Shown here: one piece after another, positions 1 to 10,658 of the stretch
How the letters are laid out: the number at the start of each line of letters is the position of its first letter
Position numbering within the stretch: position 1 is the first letter of the stretch
From: Syntrophales bacterium
Lineage (GTDB): Bacteria > Desulfobacterota > Syntrophia > Syntrophales > UBA2210
Reading direction: 5' to 3'
Assembly (NCBI GenBank): GCA_963662405.2
Contig: CAXXKT010000001.1
Span: 2,400,001-2,464,000, forward strand
Length of the DNA stretch: 64,000 bases
The notes under the pieces: model-generated
The model's database searches: none
The model's input: only the letters and a program-made list of their open reading frames with translations
What the model was told of the DNA's origin: nothing
Translations under genes and position numbers: made by a program

Positions 1-1029
1 GATGAGAGCGGCTATTTCATGAGTGTTAACCGAGGGAAACAATCAGTTACCCTGGACTTGCGGACCCCAGAGGGAAAGCACCTGCTCAAGGAGATGGCGA
101 AGGAAGCCGATGTCCTGATAGAAAATTACCGTCCCGGCACCATGGATAAATGGGGGTTGGGGTATGATGAGATAAAAAAAATCAACCCACGTCTGATATA
201 TGCCTCCATTTCCGGGTTCGGGCACAGCGGTCCCTATATGGAGAAACCGGCTTATGACATTGTTGTTCAGGGAATGAGCGGCATTATGGGCATTACCGGA
301 CAGCAGGACGGCGTGCCGACGCGTGTTGGAACATCCATTGGCGATATCGTTCCCGCATTATTTACAACGGTCGGTATCATGATGGCACTCTATTCTCGCA
401 CCTTCACCGGTCAGGGCCAGCGGCTGGACGTAGCCATGTTTGATTCCCTGGTGGCTATTCTCGAAAATGCGCTGATCCGGTATCAGGCAACGGGGGAAGT
501 CCCCGAGCCCATCGGAAACCGCCATCCGGCCATTACGCCCTTCGATTCATTCGCCGCAAAAGACGGGTACCTCATCGTTGCCGCCGGTAATCCGAAACTC
601 TTTGAGAATCTGTGTAAAATTCTCAACATACCGGAATTGTTGTCCGACCCGCGTTTTAACGACCCCCATGTTCGCCACCAGCACCACAAAGAACTGAAAC
701 CGATTCTGGAGGAGGCCTTCTCCCGCTTTACACAGGCGGAGGTACTGGCACTGCTGGGCAAAGCCGGCATCCCCTGCTCACCGGTCAACAGGGTCGACCG
801 TATTATGACGGATCCCCAGGTGGCTGCCCGCGACATGCTGGTTGATGTAGAGCATCCGATGGCGGGCATTTTAAAACTGCCGGGGATTCCAATCAAGATG
901 TCCATGACACCGGGTGAAATCAAGGCGCCGGCGCCGCTCTTGGGACAGCATACGGAAGAAGTACTATCGGGGATCCTGGGTCTGACAAAGGAACAGATCA
1001 GCAGTCTGAGGGAAAGAAAAGTGATTTGA
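1..1029 (+). CDS. Class III (CaiB/BaiF) CoA-transferase, 5'-truncated by window edge
   Basis: Motifs VNRGKQSVTLDL, ADVLIENYRPG, SISGFG..GPY...PAYD, APLLGQHT; frame is open from base 1. Confidence 0.9.
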   Translation, partial: DESGYFMSVNRGKQSVTLDLRTPEGKHLLKEMAKEADVLIENYRPGTMDKWGLGYDEIKKINPRLIYASISGFGHSGPYMEKPAYDIVVQGMSGIMGITGQQDGVPTRVGTSIGDIVPALFTTVGIMMALYSRTFTGQGQRLDVAMFDSLVAILENALIRYQATGEVPEPIGNRHPAITPFDSFAAKDGYLIVAAGNPKLFENLCKILNIPELLSDPRFNDPHVRHQHHKELKPILEEAFSRFTQAEVLALLGKAGIPCSPVNRVDRIMTDPQVAARDMLVDVEHPMAGILKLPGIPIKMSMTPGEIKAPAPLLGQHTEEVLSGILGLTKEQISSLRERKVI

Positions 1030-1198
1030 TGTGATCGTCACTCTAATGCGACATCCTCCAACAGAAGCATTGCAATGGCATGTCATTTTCCGGGGGGGAG
1101 TTTATGTGAGAGGGGGTGATCACGGAGAGCAAAAAATTGAAGTGTCATTAAAGGCAAGTATGAGGGGTGAGGACAATTATTTAACAGGAGGAAAAGAT

Positions 1199-2473
1199 AT
1201 GAGAAAATTATTTTTCGGATTGATTGTACTGGTCCTGATGATGATGTTCGCTATGCCCGCAGCCGCGGTGGATATGAGCGTAAATGGAGAGTTTTATGTC
1301 CAGGGCTATTATGATGATAATGGTGACCTGCTGAAAGAGGAAACCGGCGCGAACGGTTCATCCAGCGCGTGGTACAACACACGTCTCCGTGTTGATGCGG
1401 TATTGACAGTAGATCCGTCCCTGAAACTGGTCACTCGCTTCGATGCACTGGAAGGATACTGGAACACTCCGGGTGGACCTGCAGAATATGATGCGGGGAG
1501 AGAGGACGACAATATCGATTTCGACCGTGCCTACATAGACTTGAAGACAAAATACGGTCGCTTCTTCGTCGGGTATCAGTGCGGTGGAACCTGGGGTACG
1601 TGGTTTGCCAACAAGGAAATAGATGTTGCAAGAATTAAATATTACTATTTCAATAAAGGTCTGGTTTGTGGAGGCATCATCGAAAAGAACCGGGAGGGCG
1701 ATCAGGGGACCGATCTAACCGATGCGGACAACGACAAGTACTACCTCTATGCCATCAAGTATTTCAAGGGTGGCCAAGTCGGCATTCTTTATGGAAACAT
1801 TGATTATGCAGCGTGGAAATCAACCGCACGCTTTGATATGCACTACCATCTCATCTATCCCTATTTGAAATGGAAGGTCGGAAACATATACGTCGAGGCC
1901 GAGTTGAACTATGCCTTCGGCGACTCCAAGGTGTGGGATGATGGTATCGCGGCGGACGATGTGGACAAGAAGGGACTTTCCTGGTACGTTAACGGCAAGT
2001 ACTCTTTCGGGAACGCGTATGTGGGGGGCCAGATTGCCTTCGTACAGGGTGACGATCCCGATACGGCCGATGAGGACGAATCCGGTCCCACCGGCTCCGA
2101 CTATGATCCCTGTCTGATCCTCTGGAACAGCGATCTGGTCAAATGGTCGGGTCAGAACCTTGGGCACGGGCCCACCTCTGGCGACAGCATGGCCAATAGC
2201 TGGCTGTATCAGATATATGCCGGGATGTCGGTGAATCCCAAGATCGATATCGTTGCTTCTTACTCGTACGCTACGGCCGACGAGGATGCGAACCTGGAAG
2301 ATGACGAGATCGGTTCCGAAATCGACGTTACAGCGACTTACAAGGTGTTCGAAAACCTCGAGTACATGGTCGGCTTCGGTTACTTTATGGCTGGCGATTA
2401 CTACAAGGCAAATAAGTCGGATGAGGTCGATAACGACTACGTTGTGATGCACAAACTGATCCTGACCTTCTAG
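1199..2473 (+). CDS. Outer-membrane beta-barrel porin-like protein
   Basis: AGGAGG RBS before ATG 1199; signal peptide; Tyr/Asp/Gly-rich beta strands; terminal Phe. Confidence 0.7.
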   Translation: MRKLFFGLIVLVLMMMFAMPAAAVDMSVNGEFYVQGYYDDNGDLLKEETGANGSSSAWYNTRLRVDAVLTVDPSLKLVTRFDALEGYWNTPGGPAEYDAGREDDNIDFDRAYIDLKTKYGRFFVGYQCGGTWGTWFANKEIDVARIKYYYFNKGLVCGGIIEKNREGDQGTDLTDADNDKYYLYAIKYFKGGQVGILYGNIDYAAWKSTARFDMHYHLIYPYLKWKVGNIYVEAELNYAFGDSKVWDDGIAADDVDKKGLSWYVNGKYSFGNAYVGGQIAFVQGDDPDTADEDESGPTGSDYDPCLILWNSDLVKWSGQNLGHGPTSGDSMANSWLYQIYAGMSVNPKIDIVASYSYATADEDANLEDDEIGSEIDVTATYKVFENLEYMVGFGYFMAGDYYKANKSDEVDNDYVVMHKLILTF

Positions 2474-2510
2474 TATCGGTTGCCAAACCGAACGTAAGGT
2501 CTACGTAAGG

Positions 2511-2548
2511 AAACGGCTCTGGGGATGAGCGTTTCCCCGGAGCCGTTT
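2511..2548 (+). terminator. Hairpin after porin gene
   Basis: aaacggctctgggga / tccccggagccgttt inverted repeat. Confidence 0.6.
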
Positions 2549-2744
2549 GAGGATTCTGGGCCTAGTGTTCGGTTGTATTCAAAATAGGCGCGAGGTGCAT
2601 TTTGCTCTTGATCTCAATCTGCCCCGAGGGGAGGACTCTTGCCGGGGAGCGTACCCTTGTTCATTACAAGGCACTCTTTTATGGTTTGAGGAGCATTCTA
2701 AACGCTTCAGGTGAACCGTCAGGATTGAAAGGAGAAGCGATACG

Positions 2745-3509
2745 ATGGATCTTAATTTAACGGGCCGAAAGGCACTGGTGACGGGTGGTTCCAAGGGGAT
2801 CGGACGCGCATGCGCCGAGATCCTGGCATCTGAAGGGTGCAGTCTGCATCTGGTTGCGCGGGAAGAGACGAACCTGCGACAGACACAGGAAGTGATCGAA
2901 TCGCAGTACGGTGTTGAGGTTACCATCCATCCCGTCGATCTGAGCCGGAGCGGTGAGATCACGGCACTTGCGGCAACGTGTTCCGATATCGATATTCTGG
3001 TGAATAACGCCGGGGCAATCCCGCGAGGGGATCTCTGGGAAGTCGACGAGCATCGGTGGCGCGAGGCATGGGATCTCAAGGTGTTCGGTTATATCAACCT
3101 GTGCAGGGCGATCTATCCACAGATGAGATCGCGCGAAAAGGGTGTGATCATCAACGTCATCGGCATGGCGGGCGAGCGGCCCCGTATCGAGTATATAGCA
3201 GGCGGCTCCGGTAACGCCTCCCTCATGGCGTTCACCAGGGCATTGGGGGCCCGAAGTCTGCAAGACGGGATCCGTGTTGTCGGTGTCAACCCCGGACTCA
3301 TCCAGACCGAGCGCCTGCTGAAGATACTCAAGGATGGTGCCCAGAGAAGGTTCAACGATCCGGAACGCTGGAAGGAACTGATGCCCTCGGATCCGACGCC
3401 GGGAGACCCTGGCGATATTGCCGGTCTGGTGGTATTTCTCGCCTCTGATCGGGCAAAATATATCACCGGTACCGTGATAACCGCCGACGGCGGCTCATCG
3501 GCGGGATAA
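2745..3509 (+). CDS. Short-chain dehydrogenase/reductase
   Basis: TGGSKGIG, DILVNNAG, GIRVVGVNPG, YITGTVITADGG. Confidence 0.9.
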   Translation: MDLNLTGRKALVTGGSKGIGRACAEILASEGCSLHLVAREETNLRQTQEVIESQYGVEVTIHPVDLSRSGEITALAATCSDIDILVNNAGAIPRGDLWEVDEHRWREAWDLKVFGYINLCRAIYPQMRSREKGVIINVIGMAGERPRIEYIAGGSGNASLMAFTRALGARSLQDGIRVVGVNPGLIQTERLLKILKDGAQRRFNDPERWKELMPSDPTPGDPGDIAGLVVFLASDRAKYITGTVITADGGSSAG

Positions 3510-3669
3510 CGGATCACGCACACACAGGATATTTCATCGGTTGGTGTTCCAAAAGGGGTTCATGCCCGTACGGTGCGACGGCCCCTTTGGCGGGATGATT
3601 CCAGTTATTATTGCTTCCCTTGACCTGCTTGCCGGACGATGGTCGTCGGCTCCGGCGACAGTGTGAAGC

Positions 3670-4287
3670 CTACTGGTTCATCATCTCCACCCCCAGGTCG
3701 AAGGCCGTGAGGTTGGCGGCCATCTTTTCCGCGGGGAGACTGCGTGCGAGGGCCGCCTGGAAATCATCCCTTCCGACGGGAAGATCACCCACGGCCGACA
3801 GGGCGCCGATCATAATAATATTTCCCAGGATGGAATTTCCCAGTTTGACCGCCTCGTCGGTGGCGTCGATAAACCAGGCACGGGCCGCCAGATCGGTCAG
3901 CATTTCCTTTATTTCGTCCAGCGATGGATAGGAAAGAGCTCCCGCAATGACGCCGGAGGGATAGATGGCCCGGGTGTTGGTCAGGACCTTCACCGCGGGG
4001 TTGCCGTAGCGGGCGAGTACCCGGATCGCCTCGATCGGCTCGAGGGTAACCACGACATCGGCTTTCCCCGCCGGGATCTGGGGACTCCAGGTCGATTCGG
4101 ACGAGACCCTGATATGGCTCATCACCGAACCTCCCCGCTGGGAAGCGCCGAAGGTCTCCCCGATGGTAACATAGAATCCCTGCTGGACCAGCATATTCGA
4201 AAACATGCGTGATGCCATGACATTTCCCTGGCCGCCGACGCCGGTGATAATGACGTTGTAAGGATCTTTGGGTAGTATTGCAGTCAT
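3670..4287 (-). CDS. iorB: Indolepyruvate:ferredoxin oxidoreductase beta subunit
   Basis: GVGGQG, GASQRGGSVMSH; directly follows iorA. Confidence 0.9.
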   Translation of the reverse strand: MTAILPKDPYNVIITGVGGQGNVMASRMFSNMLVQQGFYVTIGETFGASQRGGSVMSHIRVSSESTWSPQIPAGKADVVVTLEPIEAIRVLARYGNPAVKVLTNTRAIYPSGVIAGALSYPSLDEIKEMLTDLAARAWFIDATDEAVKLGNSILGNIIMIGALSAVGDLPVGRDDFQAALARSLPAEKMAANLTAFDLGVEMMNQ

Positions 4288-4290
4288 TGC

Positions 4291-6228
4291 TCAGGCCACC
4301 TCCTCCCGTTTGATCGCCCCTTGGGGGCAGATATCGGCGCAGACGCCGCAACCCACGCAGATGACCTCGTCAATCTGTGCCTTCTTTTCATTTTCATTCC
4401 ATATGAGTCCGGGACAGCGGAAGATACGGGTGCAGAGGCGGCCGCAGCCGCATTCCTCACCGAGACAGAGTGCCTGGTCCACCCGGACATCATAATCCTT
4501 TTTGTTTTTTCGCTGAGGGCTGAGGGCGCAGGCCTTGCTCAGTATCAGCACCTTGACACCCTTCGTGTCCTCGATCAGTTCATTCAGGGTCTCCCGAGTC
4601 CCCTCGAGATCGAAGGGATCCCTGATCTCGACCCGGGCCCCGATACCCTCGCATATCCGTGCGATATCGATCGCGGGGACCTCCTCGCCGAGGACGTTGT
4701 GGTCCAGACCCGGGTGGGGCTGGAAACCCGTCATCGCCGTCCCGTTGTTGTCCAGCACCACCAGGGTGATGTTCGATCTGTTATGAACGGCATTGACCAG
4801 GGCCGGTATGACGGCATGGTAAAAGGTCGAATCACCACAGACAGCGATGATGGGCTGGTTGAGGCCGAACTGGCCCAGTTTCCCGAAACCGCTGGCGATA
4901 CCCGTTCCGGATCCCATGGAGTGGAGGGTCTTGAGGGTGTGAAATCCGGTGGAACCGGTGGCCATGGTGTAGCAACCGATATCGCCGCAGACGAAACCCT
5001 TCCTCCCGTCCATCTCGAGGGCGTTGTGGATACTGAAGAAGGATGCCCGATGGGGGCAGCCCGGACAGAAGACCTGTTCCCGGTTCGGTGCACCGGAGGA
5101 GACGGAAAGCTGTGCCTTTTGCTGGTATTCCTCCGGGGCGGGGGTGTAATCGATCCCCAGCACGGAACTCAGACCCGCGATAACCAGATCGGGATTGAGT
5201 TCCCCCACCATTGGGATGGTCCCGTCGTTCTTCCCGTAGAATGTCTTGACGCCGATTGTTCCTGCCTGTTCGGCGGCCAGGATTTTTACCTGTTCTTCCA
5301 GAAAGGGGAGGACCTCCTCCACCACAAGAACCCGATCCGTTGTTGAAAGATGTCGTGCCAGCAGTTTCGGGGGGAGGGGCCACGTCGTTCCCATCTTCAG
5401 GAGGCCAACCCTCTCTTTCACGCCGAGGACATCGATCGCCTCCTTGCTGTACAGATAGCAGGCGCTGCTTGTGATGATGAGGAGCTCCGGGCTCTCCGGC
5501 CCCTCGTAGGTATTGAAGGGACAGTCTTCGAACAGCTCCCGCGCCTTCTCCACCTTCTTTTGTTGTTGCTCGTGCTTCCATTCCACGGGGCTGCTGATGA
5601 CGAGCCCTGTATCCTGGTCGAGGACAAATCCGTCATAGGTAAACGTGGCCGTTCGCTTCCCGTCGGGGAGTTTCCCGTAGGTGATATTCCCGCTGGCGTG
5701 AGACATGCGGGTGACGCTCCTGACGACCACGACCTGTCGGAGCTCCTCCGACAGGTCGAAGGCCCATTTCGTCATCTCCTTCGCCTCCTGGAAGGTCCCC
5801 GGTTCGAGGAGCGGGATCTCCATCAGGCGGGCGAAGTACCGGGACTCTCCCTCATTGACGCTCGAGAGCGCCCCCGGATCGTCACAGGTCACCAGGACGA
5901 ACCCTCCCCTGGTCCCCGAGCCGACGAGGTGGAGGAGAAAATCGGACGCCACGTTCACGCCGTTCTGTTTCATGACGCACAGTGTCCGCAGGGTGGCAAA
6001 TGAGGCCGCGGCCGCCACCTCGAGGGCCACCTTTTCGTTGACGGACCACTCAACGTAAAGGTTGCGCTCCTTGGCTACTTTCGAGAGGCTCTCGATGATC
6101 TCCGATGATGGGGTTCCCGGGTAACCGCTGGCGACATTGACCCCCGCCTCCAGGGCGCCCCGGACGATCGCCTCGTTTCCCATTACCAGGTAAGAAGCTC
6201 CTTCTTTCGTATCGGTCAAATAGGACAT
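4291..6228 (-). CDS. iorA: Indolepyruvate:ferredoxin oxidoreductase alpha subunit
   Basis: MGNEAIVRGA, GYPGTPSSEI, CPGCPHR, GDIGCY, GDSTF, C-terminal ferredoxin. Confidence 0.95.
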   Translation of the reverse strand: MSYLTDTKEGASYLVMGNEAIVRGALEAGVNVASGYPGTPSSEIIESLSKVAKERNLYVEWSVNEKVALEVAAAASFATLRTLCVMKQNGVNVASDFLLHLVGSGTRGGFVLVTCDDPGALSSVNEGESRYFARLMEIPLLEPGTFQEAKEMTKWAFDLSEELRQVVVVRSVTRMSHASGNITYGKLPDGKRTATFTYDGFVLDQDTGLVISSPVEWKHEQQQKKVEKARELFEDCPFNTYEGPESPELLIITSSACYLYSKEAIDVLGVKERVGLLKMGTTWPLPPKLLARHLSTTDRVLVVEEVLPFLEEQVKILAAEQAGTIGVKTFYGKNDGTIPMVGELNPDLVIAGLSSVLGIDYTPAPEEYQQKAQLSVSSGAPNREQVFCPGCPHRASFFSIHNALEMDGRKGFVCGDIGCYTMATGSTGFHTLKTLHSMGSGTGIASGFGKLGQFGLNQPIIAVCGDSTFYHAVIPALVNAVHNRSNITLVVLDNNGTAMTGFQPHPGLDHNVLGEEVPAIDIARICEGIGARVEIRDPFDLEGTRETLNELIEDTKGVKVLILSKACALSPQRKNKKDYDVRVDQALCLGEECGCGRLCTRIFRCPGLIWNENEKKAQIDEVICVGCGVCADICPQGAIKREEVA

Positions 6229-6242
6229 CGTACACCCTCCGT

Positions 6243-7373
6243 CTATGCAATCAGCCGTTCGAGGACCTGCGCGCTGATCCTCAGATAGGATTTTGTCTCA
6301 TTGTCGTTCGTATTGATCATTCCTTCTCTGTGTGCCTTTTCCAGGCCGCGTTTCTTCTTGTTCCCTGCCGCCCAGATGAGGTGCTCCCGATTTTCATCCG
6401 GGAGTTCGGACAGGGTCAGGTATCCCTCCGCCACTGCCTCGTCGACGATCTTTTTCCCCCGATCCGTCCTAACGATCAGGGTATTCATGTCGGGACGTCC
6501 CTCCATCACCCCCACGGAGATATCGGAGAACTCGGAGGTCATATCGATGCAGTATGAACAGCCGTTGGGGACGAGATTCCGAATCTCGTCGAGGGAGAAC
6601 TCCCGTTTCGTTCCGCTTTCACTGTACACCTCCAGGATTTCGGACGGAGGCGGGGGGATGTCGATTTTTCCGATCCGACCAATCTCGACCCGTTCGGCGA
6701 GGAAGGGCTCGAAGAGCCTGAAATCGATTGCCCAGGTACAGAACAGGCCGACGACAAGCCCGAAGGGGTCGACAAAGTCATCCGTGTTTAGCGGGTTCGA
6801 ACGCATCAGCGCCGTGGCCAGGACCTGGCAGGGTGTGCCGACAACACCGATATTCCGGTACCCGTCTTTCACCGCCCGATTGACTGCCGAGAGGGTCGGC
6901 GCCGCCGTATATTTCGAGGTGCTGCAGGCGCGGGCATCATCCGGATCGGTCACGAATCGGGGAACGGGGAGGAGCCCCTTCCGATCGGTCAGTGCCGCCC
7001 CTTGAATATATCCCTTTTTGAGGGCGAAGGAGATCAGGGCCGAAACGGTCCCCCCTGCCTGCGGGGTGATGTCCTTCAGGCGATCTCCGGCCCGTGCCGC
7101 ACTGATCGATTGATAGGGGCCGAGCGGCTCTCCTTCATATGGTCTGTCGAAGAGATATCGAGACATCGTATCGAGATCGACCTCCACCTTGGGACAGTAG
7201 GCAAAGCACCGCCCCTCGTCGATGACGCAGGGGAAGAGCACCGCCGTTTTGCCCCGGTAAGACCGGTAGTAGGGGCACAGATCCATGCAGGCCCCGCATC
7301 CGGTGCAGAGGCCGGCGTCAAGGACATATCTTCTCAGTTCTTCCTGTCCCCTCTTGAGAACTCGTTCTTCCAT
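6243..7373 (-). CDS. FrhB/FdhB-like (F420 hydrogenase/dehydrogenase beta family) Fe-S flavoprotein
   Basis: CTGCGACMDLCP, QAGGTVSAL, SKY, VVGTPCQ, GLFC, C..C.D...EFSDISVG. Confidence 0.85.
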   Translation of the reverse strand: MEERVLKRGQEELRRYVLDAGLCTGCGACMDLCPYYRSYRGKTAVLFPCVIDEGRCFAYCPKVEVDLDTMSRYLFDRPYEGEPLGPYQSISAARAGDRLKDITPQAGGTVSALISFALKKGYIQGAALTDRKGLLPVPRFVTDPDDARACSTSKYTAAPTLSAVNRAVKDGYRNIGVVGTPCQVLATALMRSNPLNTDDFVDPFGLVVGLFCTWAIDFRLFEPFLAERVEIGRIGKIDIPPPPSEILEVYSESGTKREFSLDEIRNLVPNGCSYCIDMTSEFSDISVGVMEGRPDMNTLIVRTDRGKKIVDEAVAEGYLTLSELPDENREHLIWAAGNKKKRGLEKAHREGMINTNDNETKSYLRISAQVLERLIA

Positions 7374-7628
7374 TCGAGAACCTCCCCGATTATTCTATGG
7401 TTGGCGTAAAAACCCGACTCCCAACCACCATCGGTAGATATACGTACCTGTTTATCCCGGCGGTGTCAATTATTTCTTCGGAGGGCAGGGGGGCGATTAC
7501 CCCGACCCCGAACTGGGAGAAATGAGAGCCCTTTACCCAAGTCTTTCCCATGGACACCCCCCCGTTTTTATGGTACGTAACTGCGGGGATTCCGTTAGGT
7601 ATTTCCTGAGTAACATGTGGAGATCGTT

Positions 7629-8476
7629 ATGGATATAAAAAGGGTCGGAATTATAGCAAACAGCAGCAAGGAAAAGGCCCCGGAATGCGCCCTGCAGCTC
7701 GCCGGGTGGCTTTCGAACAAGGGCGTTGAGGTTTTCTTCGAGGATGCAATAGCCGGGAAGATACAGGTCGCCGGTGTCTCAGGAAACAATCTGGCATCCG
7801 TGGTGGATCTCCTGGTGGTATTCGGCGGTGACGGGACCCTCCTCATGGCGGCACGGTTGACGATGGGATCCGATGTTCCGATCCTGGGGATCAATATGGG
7901 TGGTTTCGGGTACATGACGGTGATCAACCTGGACGAGATGCTCGGCGATATAGAGCTGGTCCTTGAGGGGAAGTACACCCTTTCTCAGAGGATGATGCTG
8001 AGCGTTTCCGTGGAGGGGGCTGAGCACCCGGCCCTCAACGATGTCGTCATCAATCGGGGGAGTCTTTCCCGGATGGTCAACCTGGAGACCTTTGTCGATG
8101 GAAAGTATCTGACCACCTTCAAGGCGGATGGTCTGATCGTATCCACCCCGACCGGTTCTACGGCCTATTCCCTCTCGTCGGGAGGGCCCATCGTGATGCC
8201 GGAGCTCAAATCTATTATCATCAATCCCATCTGTCCGCATACCTTGACAAATCGGCCTCTCGTGCTTCCCCCGAATCGGAAATCGAGGTGGTGGTCTGGG
8301 TCAAGGAGGGAAAGGCCTCGGTGACCCTCGATGGGCAGGATCTCTATATCCTCAAATCGGGTGATCGGGTGGCTATGCGGAAATCGAAGGATTGTATCAA
8401 CCTTGTGGAATCTCCCCACCGTGATTACCTGGAGATCCTGCGAACCAAACTGGGATGGGGCGGATTGCCCGGATGA
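7629..8476 (+). CDS. nadK: NAD kinase, frameshifted at C5 run 8268-8272 (probable sequence error)
   Basis: [27 protein letters not shown]; adding one C joins RPLVLPP to ESEIEVVVW...LRTKLGW. Confidence 0.9.
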
Positions 8477-8477
8477 G

Positions 8478-10160
8478 ATGCTGACGGAACTGAAGATACG
8501 AAATTTTGCCATCATCGATGAACTCCATGTCTCCTTTACCGGTGGATTAAATATGCTTTCCGGGGAGACGGGGGCCGGGAAATCGATCATTATCGGTGCG
8601 GTGAGTCTTCTCCTGGGAGACCGGGCTTCGAGCGATCTGGTGCGCTCCTCCGCCGATGCGGCCGTTGTCGAGGCGCTCTTTGATGTGAGGGACAATGCGG
8701 TCGTCCGCGAGCGGTTGGAAGAAGCCGGCATGGGGGAGGAAGAAGTACTATTGCTCAAGCGGGTGGTCTCGCGGGAGGGACGCAACAAGGTCTATATCAA
8801 CGGAAGCCCCGCGACCCTAGGGATGCTGGCATCATTCGGAGAGGCCCTCGTCAATATCTGCGGTCAACGCGAGCATCAGCTCCTCCTGGATATAGAGAAT
8901 CACATCGATATCCTCGATACCTTTGGTGGGCTGATACCCCTTCGAGACACGTTCACCGATCGGTACGCCGAATGGCAGGGATTGACGAAGAAATTGAATG
9001 GTCTGAAGGCGCAAAACGATGAAAAACTTCAGCGAGAAGAACTCCTCCGGTTTCAGTTGGACGAAATAGACAAGAGCGATCTCACGGTCGGAGAGGATGG
9101 AGCACTTCAGGACGAGAAGAGGGTCCTCTCTAACGCGCAGAGGCTTGACGAGTACGCCAGAGGCGTTTATGATACCCTGTATGCCGCCGAGGGGTCGATT
9201 ATCGAACAGCTGGGGGGTGTCGTCGATCATATCAGGAAGATCAGAAAGATAGATCCCGGGTTCGCGATAACCGATACGGAGGTCGAATCTCTCTTTTTCA
9301 ATCTTGAAGAGAGCGCCTTCGCCCTGCGGGATTACCTGAAAGGGATTACCTTCGATCCGGCACGACTGGAGGTAATCGAGGACCGCCTCGAGCTCCTGGC
9401 GAGAATCAAGCGGAAGTACGGAACGACGATTGAGGATGTTATCCGGAAGAGAGAAGAGATAGCGCACGAACTTGACGGAATAGCCTATCTCGGGGAAGAG
9501 ATTGCGCGGGTTTCGGAAGAAATCTCACGGAGGGAAGAGGTGCTTCTGGAGCGGGCGGGTGAACTGTCCGCGCGGAGGAAAGAGACCGCCGTAATCTTGA
9601 AAGAGACGATCGAGAGCGAAATCCGGTCGCTGCGGATGGCCGATGCGGTCTTTGAGGTGCGCTTTCGGGACCGGTCCGGGGAGCCGATGATCTCTTCTGT
9701 AAACCCGAAAGGGACAGACGAACTGGAGTTCTATCTATCCACCAATGTGGGTGAAGATCTCTTACCGCTCAATCGCATCGCCTCCGGGGGTGAGCTGTCA
9801 CGGATCGTGTTGGCCATGAAGAAAGCGCTGGCGGGGACCGGCGCCGTTGGTACGGTCGTTTTTGATGAGGTGGACAGTGGGATCGGAGGAGCCGTTGCGG
9901 AGGTCGTGGGGAAGAAACTGCAGGATGTCTCCCGACACCATCAGGTCATCTGCATCACCCACCTGCCGCAGATAGCCTGTTTCGGTGATACCCACTTTCT
10001 CGTCTCCAAGAGTGTGGAGGGGGAACGAACCAATGCCGCTGTTGACCTCCTCTCGGAGGAGGATCGTCTTGACGAGATCGCCCGGATGTTGAGCGGTATA
10101 GAGATAACGGAAAAGACCAGGGAACACGCATCGGAGATGCTGAGAATGTCAGGTCGATAG
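8478..10160 (+). CDS. recN: DNA repair protein RecN
   Basis: LKIRNFAII, SGETGAGKSII, ASGGELSR, FDEVDSGIGG, QVICITHLPQ. Confidence 0.95.
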   Translation: MLTELKIRNFAIIDELHVSFTGGLNMLSGETGAGKSIIIGAVSLLLGDRASSDLVRSSADAAVVEALFDVRDNAVVRERLEEAGMGEEEVLLLKRVVSREGRNKVYINGSPATLGMLASFGEALVNICGQREHQLLLDIENHIDILDTFGGLIPLRDTFTDRYAEWQGLTKKLNGLKAQNDEKLQREELLRFQLDEIDKSDLTVGEDGALQDEKRVLSNAQRLDEYARGVYDTLYAAEGSIIEQLGGVVDHIRKIRKIDPGFAITDTEVESLFFNLEESAFALRDYLKGITFDPARLEVIEDRLELLARIKRKYGTTIEDVIRKREEIAHELDGIAYLGEEIARVSEEISRREEVLLERAGELSARRKETAVILKETIESEIRSLRMADAVFEVRFRDRSGEPMISSVNPKGTDELEFYLSTNVGEDLLPLNRIASGGELSRIVLAMKKALAGTGAVGTVVFDEVDSGIGGAVAEVVGKKLQDVSRHHQVICITHLPQIACFGDTHFLVSKSVEGERTNAAVDLLSEEDRLDEIARMLSGIEITEKTREHASEMLRMSGR

Positions 10161-10202
10161 CCGGGTGCCGGGAACTGACGAAACGAAAGACGGGTAGTGG
10201 AG

Positions 10203-10658
10203 ATGTTGAGAAAGGCAAAGGTAAGCGACGTAAAGATCATTCATCAGATGATTAATTTCTCTTCAAACAAAGGGGAAATGCTCCCCCGGTCACTCATGGA
10301 TCTGTACGGCAGCCTGCGCGATTTCTTCGTCTCTCTCGACGATGACGGTTCCCTGATCGGTTTCTGTGCCATGCACATCTTCTGGGAAAACCTCGCGGAG
10401 GTCAGGTCTTTGTATGTACGAGACCAAAGCAGAAGGACGGGTGTCGGTAGAAAACTGGTAGAGGCATGTATCTCCGAGGCGATTACCCTCGATCTTTTGA
10501 GGATATTCACCCTCACCTATCAGACCGAGTTTTTCGAGAGCCTCGGTTTTGTGGTCACCGACCGATCCAAACTTCCCGAAAAGGTGTGGTCCGACTGTTT
10601 CAAGTGCTCGAAATATCCTGACTTCTGTGATGAAATCGCCATGATTGTCGAACTCTGA
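10203..10658 (+). CDS. argA: Short GNAT N-acetylglutamate synthase-like acetyltransferase
   Basis: MLPRS, LAEVRSL, LPEKVWSDC..C..Y...CDEIAM. Confidence 0.75.
   Translation: MLRKAKVSDVKIIHQMINFSSNKGEMLPRSLMDLYGSLRDFFVSLDDDGSLIGFCAMHIFWENLAEVRSLYVRDQSRRTGVGRKLVEACISEAITLDLLRIFTLTYQTEFFESLGFVVTDRSKLPEKVWSDCFKCSKYPDFCDEIAMIVEL

Noticed and set aside
8268..8272. Programmed frameshift or phase variation in nadK
   Set aside because: The run is short, no stimulatory signal is visible, and the same single-base loss occurs in unrelated genes
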